Positions 18,946 to 28,131 of a stretch of DNA of 64,000 nucleotides are shown one piece after another. Position 1 is the first letter of the stretch; the number at the start of each line of letters is the position of its first letter. Source of the DNA: Candidatus Thorarchaeota archaeon. GTDB lineage: Archaea > Asgardarchaeota > Thorarchaeia > Thorarchaeales > Thorarchaeaceae. The notes beneath the pieces are model-generated. The model worked only from the letters and a program-made list of their open reading frames with translations. It searched no databases and was not told where the DNA came from. The position numbers and the translations under genes are program-made. Location: contig RDNZ01000007.1 of NCBI GenBank assembly GCA_011364905.1, forward strand, positions 1 to 64,000, in the 5' to 3' direction.

Positions 18946-19890
18946 TTGAGCCAGATGGAAGAATATGACAGAGCAGACATAGACTGGGAAATTAGCAGTG
19001 TGAATCCCTATTCAAAGGAGCGAGCGGAGCTTCGGATGAATGCAGACCAAATCGACTTCATTCTTCCAAGACGGAAAAGAGGACGTTCCTATAATGTTGT
19101 CTTCAATGTCAAATGGGATGAAATTATTTCATTCGATTGCAGCCAAATCATTTACTGCAAAGATGAACTGACATGGCCTGCAGAAGAACCTCTTCCTAAG
19201 AAGTATGTCGAAATTGGGCCTGCAGGAATTTTCTTTTTATTTCTGAGAGCTGGTGGAGAGGCATTCTTTCAAATCTGGGCAATAGTCCCTCAAAGCGACA
19301 TCGAGAAAATTACAGAATTCGCTCAGGAGCAACTGAGTCGTCAGAATGTTCCGGGCCTAGCTCATCATGGTACAACAGGAGTTGTCAACTATATATTGGA
19401 CCGATGTGAGATAATAGAGAAGATTCCCCTCCACTGGCACGACTGGATTCGAAGTGGACCATCTACAAAGCCGCGAGAAAAGTTTATGGAGATTGACCCA
19501 GAACTTGTAATCTGTAAGGAAGGAATGGCTTTCAATTTTGCAGGGGCGAGTTCAAAGCTCAAACAGATGTCAACATTCTGGCCCTGGAGAGTGATTCGAG
19601 AAATTGCCCCTTTGAAGGATGAGGTTCCTCAGATTGCCTACATCTGGCATGAAGATAACTACACATTCACTCAGCAAGTCTGGGATGACAGCGAGAGAAA
19701 TGAAATACTCATGAAGGTTAAAACTGCCCACGAAGAATATCAAAAGGATGACTCGATTAAAGAACTTCGTTTGATTCGACCTTGGTCCTTCCCTTCTGTG
19801 TTTCATGACACATGGGATAATCTCAAGCCATTTGTATCAAAAGCGAGCAGAGATGGATTTCCACCAATTGAGGAGATCATAGAAGACTGA
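18946..19890 (+). CDS. hypothetical protein
   Basis: 314-aa ORF filling the gap; no recognised catalytic motif. Confidence 0.7.
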   Translation: MSQMEEYDRADIDWEISSVNPYSKERAELRMNADQIDFILPRRKRGRSYNVVFNVKWDEIISFDCSQIIYCKDELTWPAEEPLPKKYVEIGPAGIFFLFLRAGGEAFFQIWAIVPQSDIEKITEFAQEQLSRQNVPGLAHHGTTGVVNYILDRCEIIEKIPLHWHDWIRSGPSTKPREKFMEIDPELVICKEGMAFNFAGASSKLKQMSTFWPWRVIREIAPLKDEVPQIAYIWHEDNYTFTQQVWDDSERNEILMKVKTAHEEYQKDDSIKELRLIRPWSFPSVFHDTWDNLKPFVSKASRDGFPPIEEIIED

Positions 19891-19923
19891 TTACTTATTT
19901 GAAAGAATTATAAAAAATAGAAG

Positions 19924-19942
19924 GAGAGAGCAAAGCTCTCTC
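19924..19942 (-). terminator. hairpin plus U-tract after APC permease
   Basis: GAGAGAGC-AAA-GCTCTCTC; minus strand continues CTTCTATTTTTT. Confidence 0.55.
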
Positions 19943-19953
19943 TCTAAGCTATT

Positions 19954-21513
19954 CTACTCTGGTGGAAGCTGTCCGAAGATGGCAGCCATGTCAACACCTT
20001 TGGCCTTGTTCTTTGCACCATAGTACATGTACATCATCTGACCCCAGAAGTATACTGCGACAGTGAATAGTGTCTCGAATGCAACTCCTGATGTTGGGAC
20101 AAATGAGACCAAGGCGTAGAAGAACACAGCGCCGCTTATCAGACCAGCGATGGAGACCAATGGTATACCTAGAAACTTCCAGCCACCAGATCTCTCCCAT
20201 AGGGTTGGTCTGTAGTATGGCAAAGCCACTTCAGCTAGCGTGAACTGCCAGCGGATGAACACATATGTGAATGCCACTCCAATCGCTATAGACACATCAT
20301 ACCAGAGTGCCATTACAATAATGACAATCTGCACGAGGAGCCAGAAGTATAGCGAATTATGCGGGACATGATACTTGGGATGAATCTGAGCCATAGCCTC
20401 AGGACACATCCTGTCCATAGCCATTGCATGGAACGGTCGAGTCACCCAAAGCGCATTGCTTGGTCCATCCAGTGTATTGGCTAATATTGGCTGCGTCACT
20501 AGAACTGCGCCGAGCATGGCGCCACTAGGTCCTAGGGCAATAGCAGCGAAGTTGCCAAATCCCGGAAAGATGCCAGCAGTAGAACCGGGGTTCTGTGCAT
20601 TGTTCCAGTACAGCAGATCACCCATGCCCACCGTTACAGCAAATGCCGATAGCATGAAGAGGGCACCAATGCCGATAACACCACCAATGCAGCTCAAGGG
20701 GATGTTTCGGCTTGGTTGCGATACTTCACCTGCAACTGGCATGATCAGATATGGCCACATAATACCTACCGCAGTGGTAAGTGCTGCCGCGACAGCAGAC
20801 CAGCTTAGTGTCGTATAGTCACCAATGTTTGCGATATACGAATTTGAGACCAAGTCTGCATATGTATGTCCGGTACCGGCAAATAATGTGTCCCATCTGG
20901 CTTGACTAATCGGCATTGTGAGCAGGACAATGTCAGAAATGAGTAGTAATGCTATGACTATAAGTCCTAGGACTACTACGAACCACCCAAGGATCTTGAC
21001 ACTCAAATAGCTAAATATGAAGCCAATGAAAGTCAAGACCAATGCCAAGGCGACAAGTACAATGGGATTTGTCAGTAATGCGGTACCCATACCCTCGATT
21101 CCTGCGTTTCCGGTAATAGCACCAATCGCAACAAGACCACCACCAGTGACCTTTGCTGAGAAGAAACTAGCGGAACCACGGAATACAGGATTTGTTATAA
21201 CGCTACGCCATCCTTCCATCACACCGAAGATCGGGCTCAGTCCACGACCTACGAAGTGGTATGATGCCCCAGACCGAGGCATCGCAAGCATCAGGACCAT
21301 CGTACCGATACCTTCGAAGAGGATGGCAAATGTACCCACTGCGAAGACAGGAACGAGCTGAGCACCTGCAAACCAAGTGCTTACCTGCGGTGCCACAAAG
21401 TGAAAGTATGGGCCAACAGTAAGAGCTATTGGTAGTAATAGCGCAAACCACGGACCTACTTCTTTCACCAAACCGGAGCTCTCACGGACGAAAAGTAACT
21501 GGTCGTCACTCAT
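19954..21513 (-). CDS. APC family amino-acid permease
   Basis: LFVRESSGLVKE, AMPRSG, AGEV, R..AMAMDR, IFGQLPPE; ~12 TMs. Confidence 0.88.
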   Translation of the reverse strand: MSDDQLLFVRESSGLVKEVGPWFALLLPIALTVGPYFHFVAPQVSTWFAGAQLVPVFAVGTFAILFEGIGTMVLMLAMPRSGASYHFVGRGLSPIFGVMEGWRSVITNPVFRGSASFFSAKVTGGGLVAIGAITGNAGIEGMGTALLTNPIVLVALALVLTFIGFIFSYLSVKILGWFVVVLGLIVIALLLISDIVLLTMPISQARWDTLFAGTGHTYADLVSNSYIANIGDYTTLSWSAVAAALTTAVGIMWPYLIMPVAGEVSQPSRNIPLSCIGGVIGIGALFMLSAFAVTVGMGDLLYWNNAQNPGSTAGIFPGFGNFAAIALGPSGAMLGAVLVTQPILANTLDGPSNALWVTRPFHAMAMDRMCPEAMAQIHPKYHVPHNSLYFWLLVQIVIIVMALWYDVSIAIGVAFTYVFIRWQFTLAEVALPYYRPTLWERSGGWKFLGIPLVSIAGLISGAVFFYALVSFVPTSGVAFETLFTVAVYFWGQMMYMYYGAKNKAKGVDMAAIFGQLPPE

Positions 21514-21687
21514 TCTTGAGTTTCTCCTTTTTCTCTCTCACGACAGAATACCTATCAAATCGTGATAGCTAACAACAAATGAAACCTGATATTTAAACTA
21601 AAGGGTGCCTTTTTTTGGCACTTTAACTTCGACTTTAAGAATATTAGTTCCTATTCAATACGGCTATTGCCGGATTCATTCAATATA

Positions 21688-22470
21688 CTACGATGAACGC
21701 CGAAGTCTTTTGAAAAACTCATGGTCCAAAAGGAGTACCTTGACATCCTTTGCACGAACGCCTGTTTGACTCTCCATCAGAACGTTGAGGATGATCTCAA
21801 TGTCCATTATATGAACAGGTGGTACTGATACCTTGATGTCGCGGGATGTATAACCCAGAGCCTCTTGTTTTCCTTCGTTCGTGACGATACCATTCGTGAT
21901 CAACACGCCTTGATTAGCTCCATGAGTCGGCAAAGAGCCACGGATTTCACGAATGAGATCACTACCGATTTTTCCATCGTAGTCACACTTCTTGGCGTAG
22001 ACAACAACCGGCGAATGCCCACCATCATCCCGCCATGAGGTTATTATAACTACTGTGCTATTGTACTGGTCAACCTCAACAGCTTCCTCGATTCGAGCAC
22101 GGACATTAAGCAGTACAATTCTAGCTAAGTCAGTAAACCCATCAATGTCAAGTTTCGCAATCTCATGACGCAACTCACGACGGGTCGCGCGATTGAAATC
22201 AGCCGCTCGGGCACTCACCTCAGAGATAAGCTCTTCATCCACGGCTCCTTCACACAGGTCATTGTACTGATAGAGACCAGGTCCTACACGTTGAAAATAG
22301 GCGGGCCTGTTGTCTTCCAGGGCTTGTTTTCCTTCAATTGAAAGAGACGCTGAGACGGATGCTGGATCTCTTTCAAGGGCTTCTGCAATGTCCCTGTAAT
22401 GGACAGGTTCTGCACGTGCGTGCTGTGCGAGCCATTCACGAAGAGTGAGTTTCGATGCTTTGTCTGCCAT
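21688..22470 (-). CDS. HARE-HTH + Mrr-like restriction endonuclease-fold protein
   Basis: PVHYRDI...FQRVGPGLY winged HTH; IREIRGSL...GVLIT...IMD Mrr-type C-domain. Confidence 0.75.
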   Translation of the reverse strand: MADKASKLTLREWLAQHARAEPVHYRDIAEALERDPASVSASLSIEGKQALEDNRPAYFQRVGPGLYQYNDLCEGAVDEELISEVSARAADFNRATRRELRHEIAKLDIDGFTDLARIVLLNVRARIEEAVEVDQYNSTVVIITSWRDDGGHSPVVVYAKKCDYDGKIGSDLIREIRGSLPTHGANQGVLITNGIVTNEGKQEALGYTSRDIKVSVPPVHIMDIEIILNVLMESQTGVRAKDVKVLLLDHEFFKRLRRSS

Positions 22471-22504
22471 TCGATCGCGACCATTGATTTCATATGTTAG
22501 AGGG

Positions 22505-22613
22505 ACTCCGCTTACTCGTTTTGAGGCAACTCATGCGAATGCGAGCGAAATACATCAGGGGCGGAAGACGAAACCCCTTATGATGTTTACCCTAGCCTGC
22601 ATTTAGGAAGGGG
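22505..22613. ncRNA. putative structured RNA element (three hairpins) between divergent genes
   Basis: TGAG-GCAA-CTCA inside CTCG/CGAG; CATCA-GGGG...CCCC-TTA-TGATG; CCCT-AG-CCT-GCATTT-AGG-A-AGGG. Confidence 0.35.
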
Positions 22614-22690
22614 CTTTCTTAATTTTGTATTCAGATGGGTAAATTTAAACTTTAACTCTGTATTAAGATAAACCAATGGTGTGAAGACAG

Positions 22691-22981
22691 TTGACGGAGG
22701 TCTTTGTGAAGCTCATGAACAAGGGACTCAAACATGAGGAGCATGACAAATTCCCGTTTGAAACAAGTGAGAACGCCACTATTGGAGATTTAATCGATGG
22801 GCTACATGAGGAGTATGGGGAGAGATTTGAAATCTACCTAGATGATAGAGGCAAAAGAACCTTGAGAAGAGATACAGTAGTCATCGTTAACGGAATGAAC
22901 ATGGTTGCAAGAAAAGGTGTAAAGACAAAACTGTCAAAGGGCGACCTTATTGTTTTCATGATTGCGGCTGTTGGTGGATAG
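22691..22981 (+). CDS. MoaD/ThiS/SAMP ubiquitin-like sulfur carrier
   Basis: IVNG, L..GD, C-terminal AVGG. Confidence 0.88.
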   Translation: MTEVFVKLMNKGLKHEEHDKFPFETSENATIGDLIDGLHEEYGERFEIYLDDRGKRTLRRDTVVIVNGMNMVARKGVKTKLSKGDLIVFMIAAVGG

Positions 22982-23015
22982 TACTGAATAAGAGGAGGGC
23001 GAAAAGTACCCTCAC

Positions 23016-24212
23016 TCAATCTTCAGGGAAATAATCCGGTTCAAGGATCTCAGGACTGATAATACCTGCAGAAACAGCTAACAGCTCAGCTAGATCAAGG
23101 ACTCGGACTTCCAAGTCTGCTTCATACATTCCATGTGTGAGGTTCATTTCACATGCAGGGCAAATAGTAGCCATCAGTTCTGCATCAGTCTTAACAAAGT
23201 CGCGAATGCGTTCGTCTGATACCTTCTGAGAGTGGTCAGGGAACATTATCTTGCACCCGCCGCCACCACCACAACAAAATGCATGTTCACGATTTCTGGA
23301 CATCTCGATGAATTCTACTCCTGGAATCGATTCGATGACCTTACGGGGTGGCTCGTAGATGTCCCTGTACCGCCCAATCTCACAGGGGTCGTGGTATGTA
23401 ATTTTCTTTTTCACCGACTGCTTGAGTTTGAGTTTCTCTTCTTTAACAATCTCTTCTAGAACCTCACTTGTATGCCGGACCTTGATTGGGAGTTTTTCAA
23501 TTCCAAGGAGCTTAGGATATTCCTCATCAAAGGCCCTGAAGCAACTGGGACAAGGCGTGATAATCTCCTTGACACCGCGATCCTGCAGTTTTTTGAGGTA
23601 TGCTTCAGCGTATTTCTTGGAGTGCTCCATCTTTCCAGTAATCCAATAGGGAGTGCCACAACAGGTCTGGTCTTCACCAAGAAAGTCGAGTTCATACCCA
23701 GCTGCTTGAAGAAGCTGAACAAGAATGTTGGTTTTCTCCTTGAAACGATGACTGGCAAGACATCCGGGAAAGAATAGAGTCCCTGAACCTTTTTTGAACT
23801 CAAGACCTTCTGACCATTTGTTGTGAACTTTTGTGGGGTCAGCGAAGATGTTTCCCGAGGAAGTCACTGTGTCAGCCATATGTGCTCCAGCTTCTGGGAT
23901 TTTAATCCCTTGATCGATGAAGTCTTGACGCATCGCTTTAGTGACTTCAATCACATCAATTTGAGCGGCCTTTTTGCACTCTTCTCGACATCGTCCACAC
24001 ATAAAGCATCCAAATACTCGCTCTGCGAGGTCCTCAGAGTATTCAAGTTTGCCTTCTAGAATTGCTCGTGCTATAGCCATTCGGCCTCTCGCTGTCGAGG
24101 ATTCCCAGTATTGGGTGAAAACCTCTGGGCAACGGTCGTTGTAGTCGAAACCGCGACAAAACTCACACCTCCCACAGGCATAGATCATGTCTTTGTATTC
24201 TTCTATCCTCAT
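23016..24212 (-). CDS. Fe-S/CCG-domain oxidoreductase subunit (GlcF/HdrD-like)
   Basis: CGRCEFC, CFMCGRC, CCG, YHDPC, CCGGGGG. Confidence 0.88.
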   Translation of the reverse strand: MRIEEYKDMIYACGRCEFCRGFDYNDRCPEVFTQYWESSTARGRMAIARAILEGKLEYSEDLAERVFGCFMCGRCREECKKAAQIDVIEVTKAMRQDFIDQGIKIPEAGAHMADTVTSSGNIFADPTKVHNKWSEGLEFKKGSGTLFFPGCLASHRFKEKTNILVQLLQAAGYELDFLGEDQTCCGTPYWITGKMEHSKKYAEAYLKKLQDRGVKEIITPCPSCFRAFDEEYPKLLGIEKLPIKVRHTSEVLEEIVKEEKLKLKQSVKKKITYHDPCEIGRYRDIYEPPRKVIESIPGVEFIEMSRNREHAFCCGGGGGCKIMFPDHSQKVSDERIRDFVKTDAELMATICPACEMNLTHGMYEADLEVRVLDLAELLAVSAGIISPEILEPDYFPED

Positions 24213-25606
24213 CGCAGTTCCTCCTCTGGTATGTAGATTCCTCGTTGCAAGATGTTTTTGGGGTCCAGAGTCTTTTTGAGTGTCTTTAGCAATCGATAAT
24301 ACCCAGTATCACGTTCCGCTACGAATCTCCGAAGGCCATCCCGCCCTCCAATCCCGTAAGGAACAACTGGTCCTCGCAATGTGATTTCATCAATCTCATC
24401 AGCCATTTTTACTAGTTCTTTCCATTCTTCAGGTTCATTGTAATTGGTGACCATAAAGGCAAGCCAGTCCCTCGGGAGGATTTGCCCGCCAAACCCAGCT
24501 TTCGTGTATCCACGCTTCTCTATGACCTCTTCTCTCCAGATTCTATACAAGAAAGTGATGTCATCAATCCTCAGAGATCCTGAACCAAAGAAGTGCCAAA
24601 CACCTGTATTGAACAGGTCTTGAAGTCCAGTAAGAATGCGACCAAAATAGTCATCAGCTGGGGCACGGTCTCCAATCTCGCCGCCTAGTTCTTGGATTTT
24701 CGCAATTACCTTCTTCTTCCTGTGGTCAACAATCTCCCGCTCATAACCAAAAATGTCTATCATCATGAAGAAGACGTCCGGTGCGGAGGGATCTACCCAC
24801 AGATAGACCCCTTGCAAAAACTCGTCGCCCACATGTCTATTGATGAAGTGTCCAAACTCGATGACGTCGTTGAGTGTCTTCATTGTAGCTGTAAATCGCT
24901 CAGAAATATCAGTCACAGGACGTATTCGTAATGAGAGTTCAGTACAGACACCAAGAATACCCTCTGCGCCAATGAACATCCCAGCCAAGTCGGGACCCAG
25001 GCATTGGCGCTTGAATTTGCCTGCACTCGGCCATGCAGCAGAACCAGTCTCCACAACATCTCCGTTTGGTAGAACCATTTCTAGGGAGATGATGTCCTGG
25101 TTCCCATGAAATCCGAACTTAGCAGTTGAGTGTGGTCCACCACCAGCTTTCATGACAGATCCTCCAACTGTCATTGCAGGACCCCCAGCCTCACTACAGA
25201 GATACGTCAGACCTTGTTTTCGTAGCTCTTGATCCAATTTCGCCCAGGTGCAGCCAGGTTGCACAGAAGCAACAAGATCTCTATCATTGATGTTTACAAT
25301 CTTGTTCATCCGTCCTAAATCAAGCATGATTCCAGATTCCTGAGGAAGGTAAGCATCCCAATGAGAAGTTCCGCCTCCGCGAATGTAGACTGGAACATTC
25401 TTCTCATTCGCTATCTTGAGAATCGCTTGAATTTCCTCACGGGTTTCAGGCATTGCAACATGAGTTGGCATCTTTTGTTCTGATGGACTTAAGTCACGAC
25501 TATACGGCAGCAAGTCGAAATTTCGATCGGTGACCCGACTTGGACCTACAACATCTTCTAATAGAGAGGTGATTTTTTTGATATCAACCATTGTGGCACT
25601 CTCCAA
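24209..25606 (-). CDS. FAD-binding oxidoreductase (GlcD/D-lactate dehydrogenase family)
   Basis: RGGGTS, TVGG, GPDL...GAEGILG, LDPKNIL. Confidence 0.88.
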   Translation of the reverse strand: MESATMVDIKKITSLLEDVVGPSRVTDRNFDLLPYSRDLSPSEQKMPTHVAMPETREEIQAILKIANEKNVPVYIRGGGTSHWDAYLPQESGIMLDLGRMNKIVNINDRDLVASVQPGCTWAKLDQELRKQGLTYLCSEAGGPAMTVGGSVMKAGGGPHSTAKFGFHGNQDIISLEMVLPNGDVVETGSAAWPSAGKFKRQCLGPDLAGMFIGAEGILGVCTELSLRIRPVTDISERFTATMKTLNDVIEFGHFINRHVGDEFLQGVYLWVDPSAPDVFFMMIDIFGYEREIVDHRKKKVIAKIQELGGEIGDRAPADDYFGRILTGLQDLFNTGVWHFFGSGSLRIDDITFLYRIWREEVIEKRGYTKAGFGGQILPRDWLAFMVTNYNEPEEWKELVKMADEIDEITLRGPVVPYGIGGRDGLRRFVAERDTGYYRLLKTLKKTLDPKNILQRGIYIPEEELR

Positions 25607-25702
25607 TAGTAATAGTCTTGGGGCTCACCGATTAATTAAAGACTGCGGTTCGAATGCAATTTAAGAAGAGATTATAAAATTCAGATGCTGAGGAAAGGAA
25701 GC

Positions 25703-26830
25703 ATGAACCCGCGAGAGAGATTCCTTGCAGCTGTCAATCATGAAGAGCCGGACAGAGTGCCGTTGGACTATTGGACAACTCCTCAAGCATACGAGGGTTT
25801 GCGTGACCACATAGGAATTGTATCTCCAGAAACTCAAGAATGGGGAATCATGTCTTCTTGGAAAACATCAGAGGAATTACTCAGACGTCTAAATGTGGAC
25901 TTCAGACGCGTCTACATGAATCCAGCAGCTGATTTTGAACCCAAAATTCTCCCAGATGGTTCCACTGAAACTGAGTTTATGTGTGGAATGAAATTGATAG
26001 GTGGATACTACGAGGTCACATACTATCCCTGGGCTGAGTTCACCGAGGTTGAACAGGTTGAGGATTTCGAATGGATTGACCCAGATGATCCATCTAGAAT
26101 GGAAGGAGTTCGGGATTGGGCAAAACACCTCCATGAGGAAACAGATTATGCGGTTGTTGGTATGGTTGGCGGTCCTTGGGGAGCTTTCGAGGTTGTAGCT
26201 CATTACATGAGGGGCTTCGACAAGTTTCTCATTGACCTTCTGAGGCATCAAGACCTCGCTGTAGCAATGATGGAAAAGAGCGCTCGGCTCGCTATTGAAA
26301 TGAACAGAGTGTTCTTAGACGAGGTTGGGGAATTTCTGGACATTGTACAAGTCGGTGATGACCTTGGTCATCAAGATGGGCTGTTGATCAGTCCCAGAAT
26401 ATACAGAAGCATGGTGAAACCAAGACACAAGAGAATCTACAGTGATATCCACAAGAGAGCACCACATGTCAAGATACTTTATCATTCATGTGGAGCAATC
26501 GAGCCAATGATTGAAGATTTGATTGAAGTTGACGTAGATATTCTTAATCCAATTCAACCTCTTGCCAAGGGAATGGACTCATTTGAGCTCAAACGCAAAT
26601 ATGGTAATCGACTCACGTTTCATGGCGGAATTGACCTGCAGTTCGCAATGTCCGCGCAGGGATCATTGGACGATTTAAGGAAAGAGATTGACACTCGGAT
26701 CGATGCACTTGCACCTGGTGGAGGATACATCCTAGCTCCAGCACATAATATACAACCAGAGTCTACACCAGAGAAGATTCTCGAACTGTATGACTATGCA
26801 ACGAAGAGAGGCGTATATCCCATAAACTGA
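25703..26830 (+). CDS. uroporphyrinogen decarboxylase / MtaA-CmuA family protein
   Basis: MNPRERF..PDRVP, GDDLG, HSCG, GGID, GGYILAPAHNI. Confidence 0.85.
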   Translation: MNPRERFLAAVNHEEPDRVPLDYWTTPQAYEGLRDHIGIVSPETQEWGIMSSWKTSEELLRRLNVDFRRVYMNPAADFEPKILPDGSTETEFMCGMKLIGGYYEVTYYPWAEFTEVEQVEDFEWIDPDDPSRMEGVRDWAKHLHEETDYAVVGMVGGPWGAFEVVAHYMRGFDKFLIDLLRHQDLAVAMMEKSARLAIEMNRVFLDEVGEFLDIVQVGDDLGHQDGLLISPRIYRSMVKPRHKRIYSDIHKRAPHVKILYHSCGAIEPMIEDLIEVDVDILNPIQPLAKGMDSFELKRKYGNRLTFHGGIDLQFAMSAQGSLDDLRKEIDTRIDALAPGGGYILAPAHNIQPESTPEKILELYDYATKRGVYPIN

Positions 26831-26831
26831 A

Positions 26832-27506
26832 TCATGGAATTGGTCGGTCTTTGTGAAGATCGTGAGGATCCTCACCCTCATCTAGCTTATCAGACCACCA
26901 CTCATCTGTAGCAACAACCTGTTCCGCATGAGATAGAACTTCTTCTATTTGATGTGCTGGAATAACGACTATTCCGTCACCATCTCCAAAAATCAAATCG
27001 CCGGGATTGACTGTCACTCCTCCGCACACGATGGGCTTTTGAACGGAATCCATGTCCAGTCTACCTCTCATTGTACCGGGGTGACGCCCTCGCGCAAAGA
27101 CTGCAAAATTCATCTTATCAATATCATGAATATCTCTGGAGGTCCCATCAACCACAGCACCTCTGACTCCTTTAGGTATGCCAATCTTAGTCAGTATCTG
27201 ACCCCAGGCAGAGCAATCTGTAGCTCCAGCCATGTCTATGACAATCACATCGCCCTCATCTGCGTCTGTTGCTAGGCTCATGAATAAATCCAGCTGCTTC
27301 TCATCATATGGCCGAGTATCTGGAGAGCGTACCAATCTTCCTGTCCGTGCGAAACCAGCTATCCGACTGCACTTCGTTAGAGGCGTGATGCCTCGATCCA
27401 TACACACCGCCCCAATTCCTATTTCATCTGCCGCATCAGAGAGAGCTGCAACATACAGCTTCAGTGTTCGTTCTATGATTTCATTCCGAGTTGCCATTAT
27501 TGACAT
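26832..27506 (-). CDS. RraA-like / HMG-CHA aldolase family protein
   Basis: AWGQIL, VVDG..RD, VNPGDLIFGDGDGIVVIP; ATG overlaps the upstream TGA. Confidence 0.88.
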   Translation of the reverse strand: MSIMATRNEIIERTLKLYVAALSDAADEIGIGAVCMDRGITPLTKCSRIAGFARTGRLVRSPDTRPYDEKQLDLFMSLATDADEGDVIVIDMAGATDCSAWGQILTKIGIPKGVRGAVVDGTSRDIHDIDKMNFAVFARGRHPGTMRGRLDMDSVQKPIVCGGVTVNPGDLIFGDGDGIVVIPAHQIEEVLSHAEQVVATDEWWSDKLDEGEDPHDLHKDRPIP

Positions 27507-27979
27507 CACTCCTTCTCCCAGCGATATATGCAATGGTCATCCCCACGCATCATGCATTTGGGAATAGACAGGGTTACGTTGAAGTCGACAGCTTGTCCAA
27601 TTCCTTCATCAATCTTTGTTACGTACTCGCAAATATCCGGCCCAGCACCTTTGGCTTTGAATGACTCAATCCAAGGGCATGATGTCACCTTTAGCTCAAA
27701 GCACTTCTCACTCTCAGTTTCAATAGAGAGTTCGAATCCGAAGTATGGATGCGCTGCATCAAAAAAATCGAAAATAGAGTGTAGGTCTCCACTCCTCAGT
27801 GATCCTTGCTTGATAGCAGCCCTTCCGAGTTCGAAACCATGGTGCCGATTCACTTCACTGATAGCATCCAATCCCTTTTTGCCCATTAGCTTTCGTATTA
27901 CTTCAACATAGATTGCATGGGTATCAGCTAGTGTATGCATATTGGTTCTTCGAACATCATCCGCGCCTGGATTAGACAT
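27506..27979 (-). CDS. V4R / ATC-hydrolase-like ligand-binding protein
   Basis: VTSCPW, C...ID, CMMRGDDHC. Confidence 0.75.
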   Translation of the reverse strand: MSNPGADDVRRTNMHTLADTHAIYVEVIRKLMGKKGLDAISEVNRHHGFELGRAAIKQGSLRSGDLHSIFDFFDAAHPYFGFELSIETESEKCFELKVTSCPWIESFKAKGAGPDICEYVTKIDEGIGQAVDFNVTLSIPKCMMRGDDHCIYRWEKE

Positions 27980-28131
27980 TGCCAACATTTTCCATTGAAC
28001 TTTGAACTTGGGATTACTAAGGTATCTTAAATCTCCTCTGAGTTGGCTACTACGGTTTGTTAAATTAATATAGTCCATTCGATAGGTTATATAAACTAGG
28101 AAATTCTCTGCGACTACAAAAGGTGCTGCCT

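Noticed and set aside
22540-22590. Hammerhead ribozyme or SECIS
   Set aside because: CUGAUG is not followed by A and the core geometry is absent; no in-frame UGA selenoprotein candidate seen nearby
23016-24212. True heterodisulfide reductase / methanogenesis marker
   Set aside because: Paired with a GlcD-type flavoprotein; no other methanogenesis genes present
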